DNA of 64,000 nucleotides from Pseudomonadota bacterium (GCA_043797085.1 JAZDQA010000011.1:166610-230609); one strand, 5' to 3'; positions 10,334 to 20,622 are shown, counted from the stretch's first letter. The notes: generated by a model not told the origin, from the sequence alone. Numbers and translations: made by a program.

Positions 10334-10737
10334 TGTCCGCTCTTTCAACAAAAGCTGTTTATGGATTGGCAGCGATGCATGTTCTCTCACATGCACCCCA
10401 CGGCAGATCAATGCAGGTACGTGAAATTTCGGCAATGACTCAAATTTCGCATGGATATTTAGAACAGCTTCTTTCAATTTTACGCAGAGCCAATCTGGTC
10501 ATAAGTATTCGCGGTGCGTCCGGTGGATATAAACTAGCCCGTCAGCCGCATGAAATAGAAGTAATAGAGATTGTTGAAGCGCTCGAAGGACCATTCTACA
10601 AGATAGATGGAAATGTAGGTTCAAGTTTGATTTTGGAATACTATTGGAAAGAAGTTGAGGATAAAATGCGCGCTCTTTTTTCGTCAAAACTCTCTGATCT
10701 TGATCATGCATATCAGCCGCATCACTACGATATTTAA
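10333..10737 (+). CDS. Rrf2-family transcriptional regulator, Cys-less CymR-like
   Basis: Start taken at ATG 10333 (TAATG coupling); YLEQLL...LVISIRGASGGYKLAR...ALEG winged helix. Confidence 0.9.
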   Translation: MSALSTKAVYGLAAMHVLSHAPHGRSMQVREISAMTQISHGYLEQLLSILRRANLVISIRGASGGYKLARQPHEIEVIEIVEALEGPFYKIDGNVGSSLILEYYWKEVEDKMRALFSSKLSDLDHAYQPHHYDI

Positions 10738-10746
10738 AAAATAATT

Positions 10747-10986
10747 TTAACGTTTTTTATTTTTTGATTCTATAAGACGACGATTTTGCATCATCATGAC
10801 TTCTAACTCTTTGGCACTTTTCGTCTCAAATAACGGCTGGCTGCTCTTAAAAACTTCCGTATAAAAATCGGCCAATGTTTTCCCTTTTCGTGTTGCAGGG
10901 AGCATTTTGTTTGAAGTATAACGATTAACTTCCGGCGGATCGATAAATTGTGCTAAAAGTGTTTCTCTCATGTTGTTTTTGCTCAT
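10747..10986 (-). CDS. Hypothetical 79-aa protein
   Basis: Fills the gap between the Rrf2 gene and recO; sigma54-type promoter directly upstream. Confidence 0.65.
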   Translation of the reverse strand: MSKNNMRETLLAQFIDPPEVNRYTSNKMLPATRKGKTLADFYTEVFKSSQPLFETKSAKELEVMMMQNRRLIESKNKKR

Positions 10987-11019
10987 AATGATACTTTTTA
11001 TACATAGTTGTTATTTAAC

Positions 11020-11037
11020 AAGCAAAAAATGTTCCGA
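11020..11037 (-). promoter_or_regulatory. Sigma54 (RpoN) -24/-12 promoter
   Basis: Minus strand TCGGAACATTTTTTGCTT: GG-N10-GC spacing, close to the Campylobacterota consensus TTGGAAC-N5-TTGCTT. Confidence 0.7.
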
Positions 11038-11043
11038 CTATAG

Positions 11044-11661
11044 CTAAAGCCCTTCATTAATAACATGCCAAAGACGTTCAACTTCAAAATCATCTAAAAA
11101 AAGTGTCGAATAATGGTCATACAGCCATGATAAACCTTTGGCATTTATGGAAAGGGTATGGGAACACTCTTTGTGTGCGGGTAAAAATGCGCGTATGAGG
11201 GAGATATCGGAGTCGATAGGATTGTCGCAAAAAAAGCAGTTGAGTTCACGATGCAATCGTCCCTCATGTTCAAGCAGCTGAATATAGGCTTCAATGGCAA
11301 GTCGTTTTGGATTTTGATTTTTCCAATTCTGGGCAGCTGATTCTAAGAGTTGAAAATAAAAACTGCCTATTTCATCTGAATGTTGTAAATGGGGATGAAA
11401 AAGGGCAATAAACTGTTGCCAAATACGAATGCGGTTGTATTCACCCATCCATCCAAAACCTAAATGGAGGACATCCCGCATTCGAGGGATAGAGCTTTTG
11501 AGTGATGTTTCGGCTTCAAAATCGATTTTAAAACCTAGATTGATAGGGCTATGGCGTGCTCCATAGAACCTGTAAAGGGTTGTTAAGTTTTCCTCGGATA
11601 TGATAGTAACAATTAAATCTTCGTCTTTTACCCGACTAAGTTTGATGATAAATCCCTGCAT
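11044..11661 (-). CDS. recO: Recombination protein RecO (Campylobacterota type)
   Basis: DEDLIV, YRFYGARHS, LGFKIDFE, LLEHEGRLH, CFFC. Confidence 0.9.
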   Translation of the reverse strand: MQGFIIKLSRVKDEDLIVTIISEENLTTLYRFYGARHSPINLGFKIDFEAETSLKSSIPRMRDVLHLGFGWMGEYNRIRIWQQFIALFHPHLQHSDEIGSFYFQLLESAAQNWKNQNPKRLAIEAYIQLLEHEGRLHRELNCFFCDNPIDSDISLIRAFLPAHKECSHTLSINAKGLSWLYDHYSTLFLDDFEVERLWHVINEGL

Positions 11662-11844
11662 ATTTTGTTACTTCACCGCACATTTGTTTATTTTATTCTC
11701 TAAAAGTTCCCTAATTTTAAAACTTTTTAACCTAATTACTGGTAAAATTAAGAAATTTCCATCCTCTTTAAACTACAAATGTTTAAAAAGAGATTAAATA
11801 GAAATAATTTCCGGAATTTTCCGATGACATAAGGTGATTTATCA

Positions 11845-14800
11845 GTGGAATACCAAGATTTATTACGATCGTTTAAAGATAACTGCGGATTTGGTTTGAT
11901 CGCCAATATTAAAAACCGTCCTTCTCATGAGACGCTTGAAAACGCGATTACTGCCTTAGAGCGAATGATGCACCGTGGTGCTGTTGCAGCCGATGGCAAG
12001 ACAGGAGACGGCAGTGGATTGCTTCTTTCCATTCCTCAAGAGTTCATGCGTTCGACTGCGTTGACAAGCGGTATAGAGTTGCCTGAAATGTATGCTATTG
12101 CCGTAGTCTTTACGCGCGATGCTGCTCAATTGGATTTATTGGAACGTACGTGTGCGAATAATGATCTAAAAGTAGTATTAAAGCGTATCGTTCCTCTTGA
12201 TACCAATGCTTTAGGTGAACAGGCGTTAGAGTCTCTTCCTGAAATTTATCATATTTTTATTACTCCTAACTCATTGATGGCATCACAACGTTTTGATGCA
12301 TTGTTGTATTTGAGCCGTAAAGAGACCGAGCATGCACTCGTTGACGATCAGGATTTTTATATCCCTTCTATGAGTTCACGTGTCATTTCGTATAAGGGCT
12401 TGATTATGCCTACGCATATCAAAGAATTTTATACGGATTTTCAAAACGAGAATTTTAAAATCTCTTTCTCGCTCTTTCACCAACGCTTTTCGACCAATAC
12501 TCTTCCTAAATGGCGTTTGGCTCAACCGTTTCGCTCCGTTGCACACAATGGTGAGATCAATTCCGTTGAAGCAAACCGTTTTAATGTAGCGGTCAAATCA
12601 GAATCGATTAAAAGTGAAGTATTTACCGACGAAGAGATTGCACGACTTCTCCCTATCTTGCAGCCACATGGCTCGGACAGTGCCAGTGCCGATAATTTCT
12701 TTGAGTTTTTGATTGCCAACGGAATGGATTTCTTTAAAGCAGCGCGTGCGATTATCCCTGCACCATGGCAAAATGCTCCACACATGGATCCACAATTACG
12801 TGCATTTTATGAGTACCATTCGACGGTTTTTGAAGCATGGGACGGACCTGCCGCATTTTCATTGACCGATGGCCGTTACATCGGATGTGTTCTTGACCGT
12901 AATGGATTACGCCCTTCAAAGTATATTATTACCCATGATGACACATTGCTTATCGCAAGTGAGTACGGCGTAATTGATATTGCAGAAGAGAATATCAAAG
13001 AACGTGGACGTCTTCAATCCGGACAAATGATCGGTTTAGATTTGAAGTTTGGAAAAGTGCTTAAAGACGAAGATATTAATCAATATCTAAAAACCTCTAA
13101 TCCGTATATGAACTGGCTGAACGAGCACATGACCTACTTGCAAGAGCACGTAGAGCATCAGTACGAAACCAAATGCGACTGTTCGGCTGAAGATTTAGTT
13201 GCTCGTCAGCGTTATTTTAACATTACCCAAGAAATCGTTGAACAAGTGATTGAACCGATGATGCGTGACGGTAAAGAAGCCGTTGGATCAATGGGTGATG
13301 ATACCCCTCTGGCTGCATTTAGTACCGTTCAACGTAATTTCAGTGATTTTTTCAAACAGCGTTTTGCACAAGTAACGAATCCTCCTATTGATCCTATCCG
13401 TGAAAAAGTGGTGATGAGTCTCAATACAGGTTTTGGCGAAATACATAATATTTTAGATGAAATTCCAACTCACGCTAATCGTTTGAAAGCAATTTCACCG
13501 ATCATGCTCAAAGAGAAACTTGAAGTACTAAAATCGTTTGGGGATAAAAAATCTCCACGTTATCACCCTTCGTATACCAATGCAGTGTTTTCCACCTCCT
13601 ATAAAGGCAGCTTGAGAGAAGCATTGAATGCTCTTGTTTCTCAAGTAATTTTAGCCGTCAAAGAAGAGGGTGTTCGTATTATTGTTCTTGATGACAGCGG
13701 ATTTGATCGTGAGCATAAAACCATCCCAATGTTGTTGGCAGTCGGTCGTATCAGCAGTGCATTATTAGAGGCAAAAATACGTCATTTAGGTTCAATCGTT
13801 GCATCTACAAGTGAAGTGGTTGACTCTCATGGTGCTGCAACACTGATTGCATACGGAGCGAGTGCAATCTATCCAAGTCTTTTATTTACAACGATTGCTG
13901 CGCGGGTCAAGCAAGCCAATGAAAATGAAGAGAATTGTGCGGAAGCATTTAAAGCAGCTCATCACGCACTTAACGGCGGATTGCTTAAGATTATGTCAAA
14001 GATGGGGATTGCAACGATAGCGTCGTATCGTAATTCAGGTCTTTTTGATGTTATTGGTTTGAGTCGTGAGATGGTAGATGAGTGTTTTGGAGATTCGCAT
14101 GTACTGATCCCGGGATTGAGCTATGAAGATATCGATGAGAGTTTAAATAAAAATCATAAAGAGGCATTTGAACAAAACGGGTTTAACCGTATTTTCCCTC
14201 TAAAAATTGGCGGATTTTACAAATTTTATAACGGTCAAGAGCATCATGATTTTAATCCGGATGTTATTCACGCTATCCATCGTGTTTCCAAAAGCGGTAA
14301 ACGTGAAGATTTTGATCAGCTCAGTGCGTTGATTAACAAGCGCGGTCAAAAATTTATCCGTGACTTCTTCGAGTTCCAATCGGATCGACCAAGTATTGAT
14401 ATTTCAGAAGTTGAGCCAAAAGAGAAAATTTTCAAACGTTTTGCTTCGGCTGCAATGAGTTTGGGCTCAATCTCTCCTGAAGCACATGAATGCGTTGCAG
14501 TTGCAATGAACACCCTTGGAGCTCAAAGCAATTCAGGTGAAGGCGGAGAAGATTCAGCTCGTTTTGACACACTTAAAAATTCAAAAATCAAACAAGTGGC
14601 CTCAGGACGTTTTGGGGTTACACCTGCTTATCTTCGCAGTGCTGAAGAGATTCAGATCAAAGTGGCTCAAGGAGCAAAACCGGGTGAGGGAGGACAGCTT
14701 CCAGGGCATAAAGTTTCCCCTTTAATCGCGCGTTTACGCCATACGACACCAGGGGTGACATTGATTTCACCTCCTCCTCATCATGATATTTATTCGATCG

Positions 14801-16281
14801 AGGATTTGGCACAGCTTATCTTTGATATGAAGCAGGTCAATCCGGCAGCAAAAGTAGCGGTTAAACTTGTTTCTGCTGCTGGTGTAGGGACGATTGCAGC
14901 GGGTGTGGCTAAAGCGTATGCGGATAAAATCATTATTTCAGGCGGCGATGGCGGTACAGGGGCAGCTCCTCTTACCTCGATTAAATTTGCAGGAAATCCA
15001 TGGGAACTCGGACTTTCAGAAGCGCATAATGCACTCAAAGTTAATAACCTTCGTGGATTGGTTCATGTTCAAACCGACGGCGGACTCAAAAGTGGTCAAG
15101 ATGTCGTGAAAGCTGCATTGTTGGGAGCTGAGAGTTATGCTTTCGGTACGGGTGTATTGACAATTATCGGTTGTAAAATGCTTCGTATTTGTCACGTCAA
15201 CAAATGTTCCGTCGGAATTGCAACACAAAATGAGAGTTTGCGTGCCGATTATTTCAAAGGTACGGTTGAGCAACTCATCAACTACTTTACCTATATGGCA
15301 GAAGATGTGCGTCAAATAATGGCAAAATTGGGTTATAAAACGATGGAAGAACTCGTCGGTCGCAGTGATTTGCTCCGTATTATTGATACAGATTTCGCCC
15401 GTAAGTTCGATTTTAGCAATATTTTACACCGTGAAGAGGGTGTCAATACCTGTCAAGAAGTATCGAACAAACCATTTGATGACAATGCTTTTGAAATTGA
15501 TGTTTTGGCAGAAGCGATGGACGCGATCAAAAATCCAGAGCGGCCTGTTCGAATTACACGTGATATTTGTAACTTAAATCGTAGTTTTGGTGCACGTGTG
15601 AGCGGTGAAATTGCTCAATATTATGGTGATAAAGGTCTCAAAGCTGATACCATCAAAATTGATCTAAAAGGTATCGCAGGTCAAGCATTGGGTGCATTCT
15701 TGATTCATGGTGTTACGATACGTCTTGAGGGTGTCGCCAATGATTACATCGGTAAAGGGATGCATGGCGGTAAAATCGTTATTAAATCTCGTAATCAGGG
15801 TGAAGCATTTGCAGCAGGCGGTAATACGTGTCTTTATGGGGCAACGGGCGGTAAGCTCTTTATTGCAGGTTCAGTCGGAGAGCGTTTTGCGGTTCGTAAC
15901 TCAGGTGCATTGGCGATCGTCGAGGGTACAGGCGACAACGCATGTGAGTATATGACAGGCGGAATCGTGGTTATCTTGGGTCAAACAGGTATCAACTTCG
16001 GTGCAGGTATGACGGGCGGTATTGCATTTGTGTACGATGAGAATCACAGTTTTGTTGAGAACGTTAATCGCGAACTCGTGGATGCATTGCGCATTGATAC
16101 TGATGATGGAGATGAAGCGCGTCATTATCTCAAACGTCTTTTAAAAGATTATGCAGCAGAAACGCAAAGTGAAAAAGCACAGGCTCTTCTCAATAATTTC
16201 CGTAATGAGATTCGAAATTTCTGGCTTGTACGACCTAAAAACTTAACCAAATTGCCACTTAATCCTGATAAAGGGGACTAA
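11845..16281 (+). CDS. gltB: Glutamate synthase large subunit
   Basis: N-terminal nucleophile CGFG, HQRFSTNT, AHNGEIN, IKVAQGAKPGEGGQLPG, C-terminal GXGXG domain. Confidence 0.98.
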   Translation: MEYQDLLRSFKDNCGFGLIANIKNRPSHETLENAITALERMMHRGAVAADGKTGDGSGLLLSIPQEFMRSTALTSGIELPEMYAIAVVFTRDAAQLDLLERTCANNDLKVVLKRIVPLDTNALGEQALESLPEIYHIFITPNSLMASQRFDALLYLSRKETEHALVDDQDFYIPSMSSRVISYKGLIMPTHIKEFYTDFQNENFKISFSLFHQRFSTNTLPKWRLAQPFRSVAHNGEINSVEANRFNVAVKSESIKSEVFTDEEIARLLPILQPHGSDSASADNFFEFLIANGMDFFKAARAIIPAPWQNAPHMDPQLRAFYEYHSTVFEAWDGPAAFSLTDGRYIGCVLDRNGLRPSKYIITHDDTLLIASEYGVIDIAEENIKERGRLQSGQMIGLDLKFGKVLKDEDINQYLKTSNPYMNWLNEHMTYLQEHVEHQYETKCDCSAEDLVARQRYFNITQEIVEQVIEPMMRDGKEAVGSMGDDTPLAAFSTVQRNFSDFFKQRFAQVTNPPIDPIREKVVMSLNTGFGEIHNILDEIPTHANRLKAISPIMLKEKLEVLKSFGDKKSPRYHPSYTNAVFSTSYKGSLREALNALVSQVILAVKEEGVRIIVLDDSGFDREHKTIPMLLAVGRISSALLEAKIRHLGSIVASTSEVVDSHGAATLIAYGASAIYPSLLFTTIAARVKQANENEENCAEAFKAAHHALNGGLLKIMSKMGIATIASYRNSGLFDVIGLSREMVDECFGDSHVLIPGLSYEDIDESLNKNHKEAFEQNGFNRIFPLKIGGFYKFYNGQEHHDFNPDVIHAIHRVSKSGKREDFDQLSALINKRGQKFIRDFFEFQSDRPSIDISEVEPKEKIFKRFASAAMSLGSISPEAHECVAVAMNTLGAQSNSGEGGEDSARFDTLKNSKIKQVASGRFGVTPAYLRSAEEIQIKVAQGAKPGEGGQLPGHKVSPLIARLRHTTPGVTLISPPPHHDIYSIEDLAQLIFDMKQVNPAAKVAVKLVSAAGVGTIAAGVAKAYADKIIISGGDGGTGAAPLTSIKFAGNPWELGLSEAHNALKVNNLRGLVHVQTDGGLKSGQDVVKAALLGAESYAFGTGVLTIIGCKMLRICHVNKCSVGIATQNESLRADYFKGTVEQLINYFTYMAEDVRQIMAKLGYKTMEELVGRSDLLRIIDTDFARKFDFSNILHREEGVNTCQEVSNKPFDDNAFEIDVLAEAMDAIKNPERPVRITRDICNLNRSFGARVSGEIAQYYGDKGLKADTIKIDLKGIAGQALGAFLIHGVTIRLEGVANDYIGKGMHGGKIVIKSRNQGEAFAAGGNTCLYGATGGKLFIAGSVGERFAVRNSGALAIVEGTGDNACEYMTGGIVVILGQTGINFGAGMTGGIAFVYDENHSFVENVNRELVDALRIDTDDGDEARHYLKRLLKDYAAETQSEKAQALLNNFRNEIRNFWLVRPKNLTKLPLNPDKGD

Positions 16282-16286
16282 CTATT

Positions 16287-17669
16287 ATGAGAGAATTTTT
16301 AACCATTGAACGAATTGACCCTATTAAACGCGGAGTTGTACAACGACTCAAAGATTTTAGTGAAATTTATGAGCCGGTAGAACAGCATGAAGCAGCATCA
16401 CAAAGTGATCGTTGTATCCAATGCGGTGATCCGTTTTGTCTCAACAAATGCCCATTGCATAACTATATCCCTCAGTGGCTCAAAGCAGTTGCTGAAAAAG
16501 ATTTAAAATTTGCGTTTAACCTCTCCAATGAGCCTTCACCCTTTCCCGAAGTTATGGGGCGTATTTGTCCTCATGATCGCCTTTGTGAGGGTGATTGTAC
16601 CCTTAATGACGGGCATGGAGCGATTACGATCGGTTCGGTTGAGACCTTTATCAACGAAGAAGGGTTCAAGCATGGTCTTAAACCGTTCTTTCCGGGAATT
16701 ACTACGGATAAAAAAGTAGCTATCATAGGTTCTGGTCCTGCGGGTCTTTCCGCCGCAACGTATTTATTGCGTTCGGGTATTTCGGTTACCATGTACGAGC
16801 GCAGTGATCGCGCTGGCGGATTGTTGACGTACGGTATTCCGGGGTTTAAGCTCGATAAAAAAATCGTTGATCGTCGTGTCGGATTTCTCGTAGAAGCGGG
16901 TTTGAAAATTGTGTTTGATTGTGAAGTGGGTAAAGACGCAGAATTTGATCTTATTGCGGATCAATACGATGCGGTCTTTATCGGTATCGGTGCAACCAAA
17001 TCAAAAGGCGCAAAAATCGCAGGTGAAAATGCATCCAATGTTTATCCAGCAATGCAGTATCTAACCGCCATTCAGCGTAAAAACTTTGCCGTTACATACG
17101 ATAAGAAGTTTGATTTCAAAGATTTGGAAGTGGTTGTTATTGGAGGAGGGGACACGGCAATGGACTGTGTTCGTACCGCTAAACGCGAAGGGGCTAAAAA
17201 CGTAACGTGTTTATACCGCCGTGATGCGCACAATATGCCGGGATCCCAAAAAGAATATAAAAATGCCGTTGAAGAAGGGGTAGACTTTGTGTTTCATGCC
17301 TCTCCGAAAGAGGTTATTTTGGGAGATAACGGCAAAGCAATCGCGGTTCGAATGATAAAAACTGTTTTAGGGGCAAAAGACGAGAGCGGTCGCCAAAAAA
17401 TGGAAGAGATCAAAGGCGGAGATTTTAATATCAATGCAGATGTCGTTATTATGGCGCTTGGATTTGATCCGGCGGTTCCAAGCTTTTTAGCTGAAAACGG
17501 TATTGCTGTTAATAGCTGGGGCGGGATTGTGATTGACTCCGAGTATCAAACGACAACGGCAGGTATTTACGCTGGCGGTGACTGTTACCGTGGTGCGGAT
17601 TTAGTTGTCACAGCAGCATACGACGGACGTGAAGCGGCACGCGCAATTGCAAAGTCTCTGTTGAATTAA
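16287..17669 (+). CDS. gltD: Glutamate synthase small subunit
   Basis: CIQCGDPFC Fe-S motif, GSGPAGL, GGGDTAMDC. Confidence 0.97.
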   Translation: MREFLTIERIDPIKRGVVQRLKDFSEIYEPVEQHEAASQSDRCIQCGDPFCLNKCPLHNYIPQWLKAVAEKDLKFAFNLSNEPSPFPEVMGRICPHDRLCEGDCTLNDGHGAITIGSVETFINEEGFKHGLKPFFPGITTDKKVAIIGSGPAGLSAATYLLRSGISVTMYERSDRAGGLLTYGIPGFKLDKKIVDRRVGFLVEAGLKIVFDCEVGKDAEFDLIADQYDAVFIGIGATKSKGAKIAGENASNVYPAMQYLTAIQRKNFAVTYDKKFDFKDLEVVVIGGGDTAMDCVRTAKREGAKNVTCLYRRDAHNMPGSQKEYKNAVEEGVDFVFHASPKEVILGDNGKAIAVRMIKTVLGAKDESGRQKMEEIKGGDFNINADVVIMALGFDPAVPSFLAENGIAVNSWGGIVIDSEYQTTTAGIYAGGDCYRGADLVVTAAYDGREAARAIAKSLLN

Positions 17670-18397
17670 TGAGTACTTTTATCGATGCAGTGATTCTTTC
17701 ACTCCTCGAAGTACGTGAGCATGTAGGATCAAAGGATAAAACTCTTTTTGAATCGTATTCTCTTGGTGAGGGCGGTGATATAAGCAGTGGTTTTGATCTT
17801 GCGGCTGAGTCCATTCTTTTTAAACATCTTAAGCCTTTTGGATCTTTTTATTCCGAAGAGAGCGGCTGGATGTCCCCGCAAAGTGATGTGAATATTATCA
17901 CGGACCCTATAGACGGTAGTGATAATTTCTCCTCTTTATTTCCCTATTATGGTGTTTCTATTGCTCGAGAAGAAGAGGGTGAAACAACGGATGGAATCGT
18001 ATGCAATCTTGTAAACGGGGACGTTTTTGTTCGCACACGCAGTGAATATTATCGATGCACTTTAGAAGCGCCAACTATTAGATCACCTATCCTTCCATCG
18101 CAAAATCCCAAAATCGGTCTTTTTGAAAAATCGTATGAACATCCTGATCTCATTAAGATTTTGATAGGTGAAAAATTTAAATTTCGTTCTCCTGGAGCAT
18201 TAGCTCTCTCGCTTGCTTATGCGCCCTTAGTGAAATATGTGCTATTTTTAGGTACAATGAGGAAGTTTGATATCCAAGCCGGCTTGTATTTAAGCCAACA
18301 CCTTTATGGCTTTAGTGATGAGAGATACATCCTTTTAAGTTCTGATAAAGAAGTGTTTGAGCGGATACGTTTGATTGTAGAAAAGGAGTATTTTTGA
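17669..18397 (+). CDS. Inositol monophosphatase family protein
   Basis: SEESG and DPIDGSDNF metal-binding motifs. Confidence 0.85.
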   Translation: MSTFIDAVILSLLEVREHVGSKDKTLFESYSLGEGGDISSGFDLAAESILFKHLKPFGSFYSEESGWMSPQSDVNIITDPIDGSDNFSSLFPYYGVSIAREEEGETTDGIVCNLVNGDVFVRTRSEYYRCTLEAPTIRSPILPSQNPKIGLFEKSYEHPDLIKILIGEKFKFRSPGALALSLAYAPLVKYVLFLGTMRKFDIQAGLYLSQHLYGFSDERYILLSSDKEVFERIRLIVEKEYF

Positions 18398-19236
18398 GTC
18401 TATTTAATCTATTTGGAGATTCTGAAAAAAAGAAACAGCCCACGAAAAGTGAAGCACCATCGCACTGGGTAAAGTGTTCTGCCTGTCAGTCTCTTATGTA
18501 TTACAAAGAGATGGAAAAACAAAACCATGTTTGCCCTAAATGCGGATTTCACCTTCGTATCGGTGTGAATGAGCGCCTTGCATTAATTGCAGATGAGGGT
18601 AGTTTCGTCGAATACGATGCCTCATTGAAGCCCGTTGACCCACTTCAATTTGTGGATAAAAAAAGTTATGCTGCCCGTATTGAAGAAGGTTTTGCAAAAA
18701 ACGGACGCTACTCATCGGTTGTGAGTGGTGAATGTACCATTGAAGCAACTCCTGTACAGCTTGTGATTTTTGATTTTAATTTTATGGGCGGATCATTGGG
18801 GTCGGTTGAAGGCGAGAAAATTGTTCGTGCCGTCAATCGTTCTCTGGAAAAACGTCAGGGTCTGATTATTGTCAGTGCCAGTGGCGGTGCACGTATGCAA
18901 GAGAGTACATTTTCGCTCATGCAGATGTCCAAAACCTCCGCAGCGCTCGCACGTTTAGCGGATGCAAAGCTCCCTTATATATCACTTCTAACCGATCCGA
19001 CGATGGGAGGAGTCAGTGCTTCTTTTGCGACATTGGGTGATATTATTATTGCCGAGCCGGGTGCCTTGATCGGTTTCGCAGGGCAACGCGTTATCAAACA
19101 GACCATTGGTTCAGATCTTCCCGAAGGGTTTCAGCGTGCTGAGTTCTTGCTCGAAAAAGGTTCTATTGATATGGTAGTAGCGCGTAGCGAACTTAAAGAG
19201 ACGCTGGCAGATCTTCTGAAGCTTTTGCTCCCCTAA
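18394..19236 (+). CDS. accD: Acetyl-CoA carboxylase carboxyltransferase beta subunit
   Basis: WVKC..C/C..C zinc finger, FMGGSLGSVEGEK, SGGARMQE. Confidence 0.97.
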   Translation: MSLFNLFGDSEKKKQPTKSEAPSHWVKCSACQSLMYYKEMEKQNHVCPKCGFHLRIGVNERLALIADEGSFVEYDASLKPVDPLQFVDKKSYAARIEEGFAKNGRYSSVVSGECTIEATPVQLVIFDFNFMGGSLGSVEGEKIVRAVNRSLEKRQGLIIVSASGGARMQESTFSLMQMSKTSAALARLADAKLPYISLLTDPTMGGVSASFATLGDIIIAEPGALIGFAGQRVIKQTIGSDLPEGFQRAEFLLEKGSIDMVVARSELKETLADLLKLLLP

Positions 19237-19793
19237 TGCGCCTTTATGCGTTGTGTGATCGTGATGCGCTTCGCTCACGAAATATTGGGCTGGATGAATT
19301 TATTCAAAAAGCCAAAGAACATAATGCCGAAATACTTCAGTATCGTAATAAAAATGATGATATCGCCGCGATTAAAAAAGATTTGATTTTTTTACGTCGG
19401 AACTATGATGGATTTTTGATTATTAACGATTATTACGAATTAATTGCTTTTTGCGATGGGGTTCACATCGGTCAAGACGATTTATTATCTATTGATAGTG
19501 ATCCTAATCGGGCGATTAGCATACTGAAAACTGCCATTGGCAATGATAAAATCATCGGACTCTCAACCCACAATAAAGCCGAAATTGAGATTGCCAATAC
19601 CTTAAATATCAATTACATCGGATTGGGTGCGTATCGCTCTACGCAGACAAAAAGCGAAGCAAAAGTTTTAGGTGAAAGCCTTGATGAACTGGCTTCGCAT
19701 TCGAAACATCCTGTCGGGGCTATTGGTGGTGTAAAAATGGATGACACCTTTAAATACGTTACCTATCATGTGATTGGAAGTGGTTTAGTATGA
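19236..19793 (+). CDS. thiE: Thiamine phosphate synthase family protein
   Basis: [28 protein letters not shown] motifs. Confidence 0.85.
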   Translation: MRLYALCDRDALRSRNIGLDEFIQKAKEHNAEILQYRNKNDDIAAIKKDLIFLRRNYDGFLIINDYYELIAFCDGVHIGQDDLLSIDSDPNRAISILKTAIGNDKIIGLSTHNKAEIEIANTLNINYIGLGAYRSTQTKSEAKVLGESLDELASHSKHPVGAIGGVKMDDTFKYVTYHVIGSGLV

Positions 19794-20248
19794 ATATATC
19801 TATTATCTCTATCGCTAAAAAAGAGCGTTCTTTATACGACCCTCTTTATCAAGAACAGATGAAAATGATTTCTCGTTTCGCCAAGTTGGAGGACATTGAA
19901 CTGTTTCCAAAAGAGATTGTAAAAGCTCATACCATTAGCCCCGAAGCCTCTAAAAGTGCCTATACAAAGGTTTTGGAACCCATGATAGGAAAAACTTATT
20001 CGATAGCGTTACATCCCGATGGAAAAAAGATCGATTCTTTGGCATTTAGTAAGCTTATAAGTGATAAAATCGCGATACAATTTTTCATAGGAGGGGCGTA
20101 CGGCTTCGAAGAGTCGTTTGTTACGAAATGCGATAGCATTATTAGTCTCTCAGAAATGACGATGAGTCATAAAATTGCCAAAGCAGTTTTACTGGAGCAG
20201 ATATACCGTGCTTTTAGTCTGTTGAGTAACCACCCCTATCATAAATAA
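19790..20248 (+). CDS. rlmH: 23S rRNA pseudouridine(1915)-N3 methyltransferase
   Basis: [21 protein letters not shown]. Confidence 0.95.
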   Translation: MNISIISIAKKERSLYDPLYQEQMKMISRFAKLEDIELFPKEIVKAHTISPEASKSAYTKVLEPMIGKTYSIALHPDGKKIDSLAFSKLISDKIAIQFFIGGAYGFEESFVTKCDSIISLSEMTMSHKIAKAVLLEQIYRAFSLLSNHPYHK

Positions 20249-20256
20249 GGAACCGT

Positions 20257-20610
20257 ATGAGAGACAATGAACTGCATTATTTTGAGGAAATTTTACTTGC
20301 GCGCAAAGTGCAAATTATCAAAAATTTAAATGGGGTTGAAGCAGAGATGATTCAACTGCGTGAGTGTGAACTCAATGATGAAGGTGATTACGCATCGATC
20401 AGTAATGATAATATGGTTGAGAGCGCAATCGGCGCACAGCAGTCGCAAGAGCTGAGTGAAATAGAGGCTGCGCTGAGTAAAATAAAATCCAAACAATACG
20501 GGATTTGTGATATGTGTGAAGATGAGATTGGTTTTCAGCGTTTAAAAGTGAAGCCTCATGCTAAATATTGTATCGTATGCCGTCCAATCGTTGAAAAAAA
20601 CAGAGCTTAA
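20257..20610 (+). CDS. dksA: RNA polymerase-binding protein DksA
   Basis: DEGDYA coiled-coil tip, YGICDMC...RL...P...CIVC zinc finger. Confidence 0.92.
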   Translation: MRDNELHYFEEILLARKVQIIKNLNGVEAEMIQLRECELNDEGDYASISNDNMVESAIGAQQSQELSEIEAALSKIKSKQYGICDMCEDEIGFQRLKVKPHAKYCIVCRPIVEKNRA

Positions 20611-20622
20611 GAGGAGACTAAA

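Noticed and set aside
11600..11797. 65-aa ORF between recO and gltB
   Set aside because: Overlaps recO antisense, spans AT-rich promoter DNA, no RBS or motif
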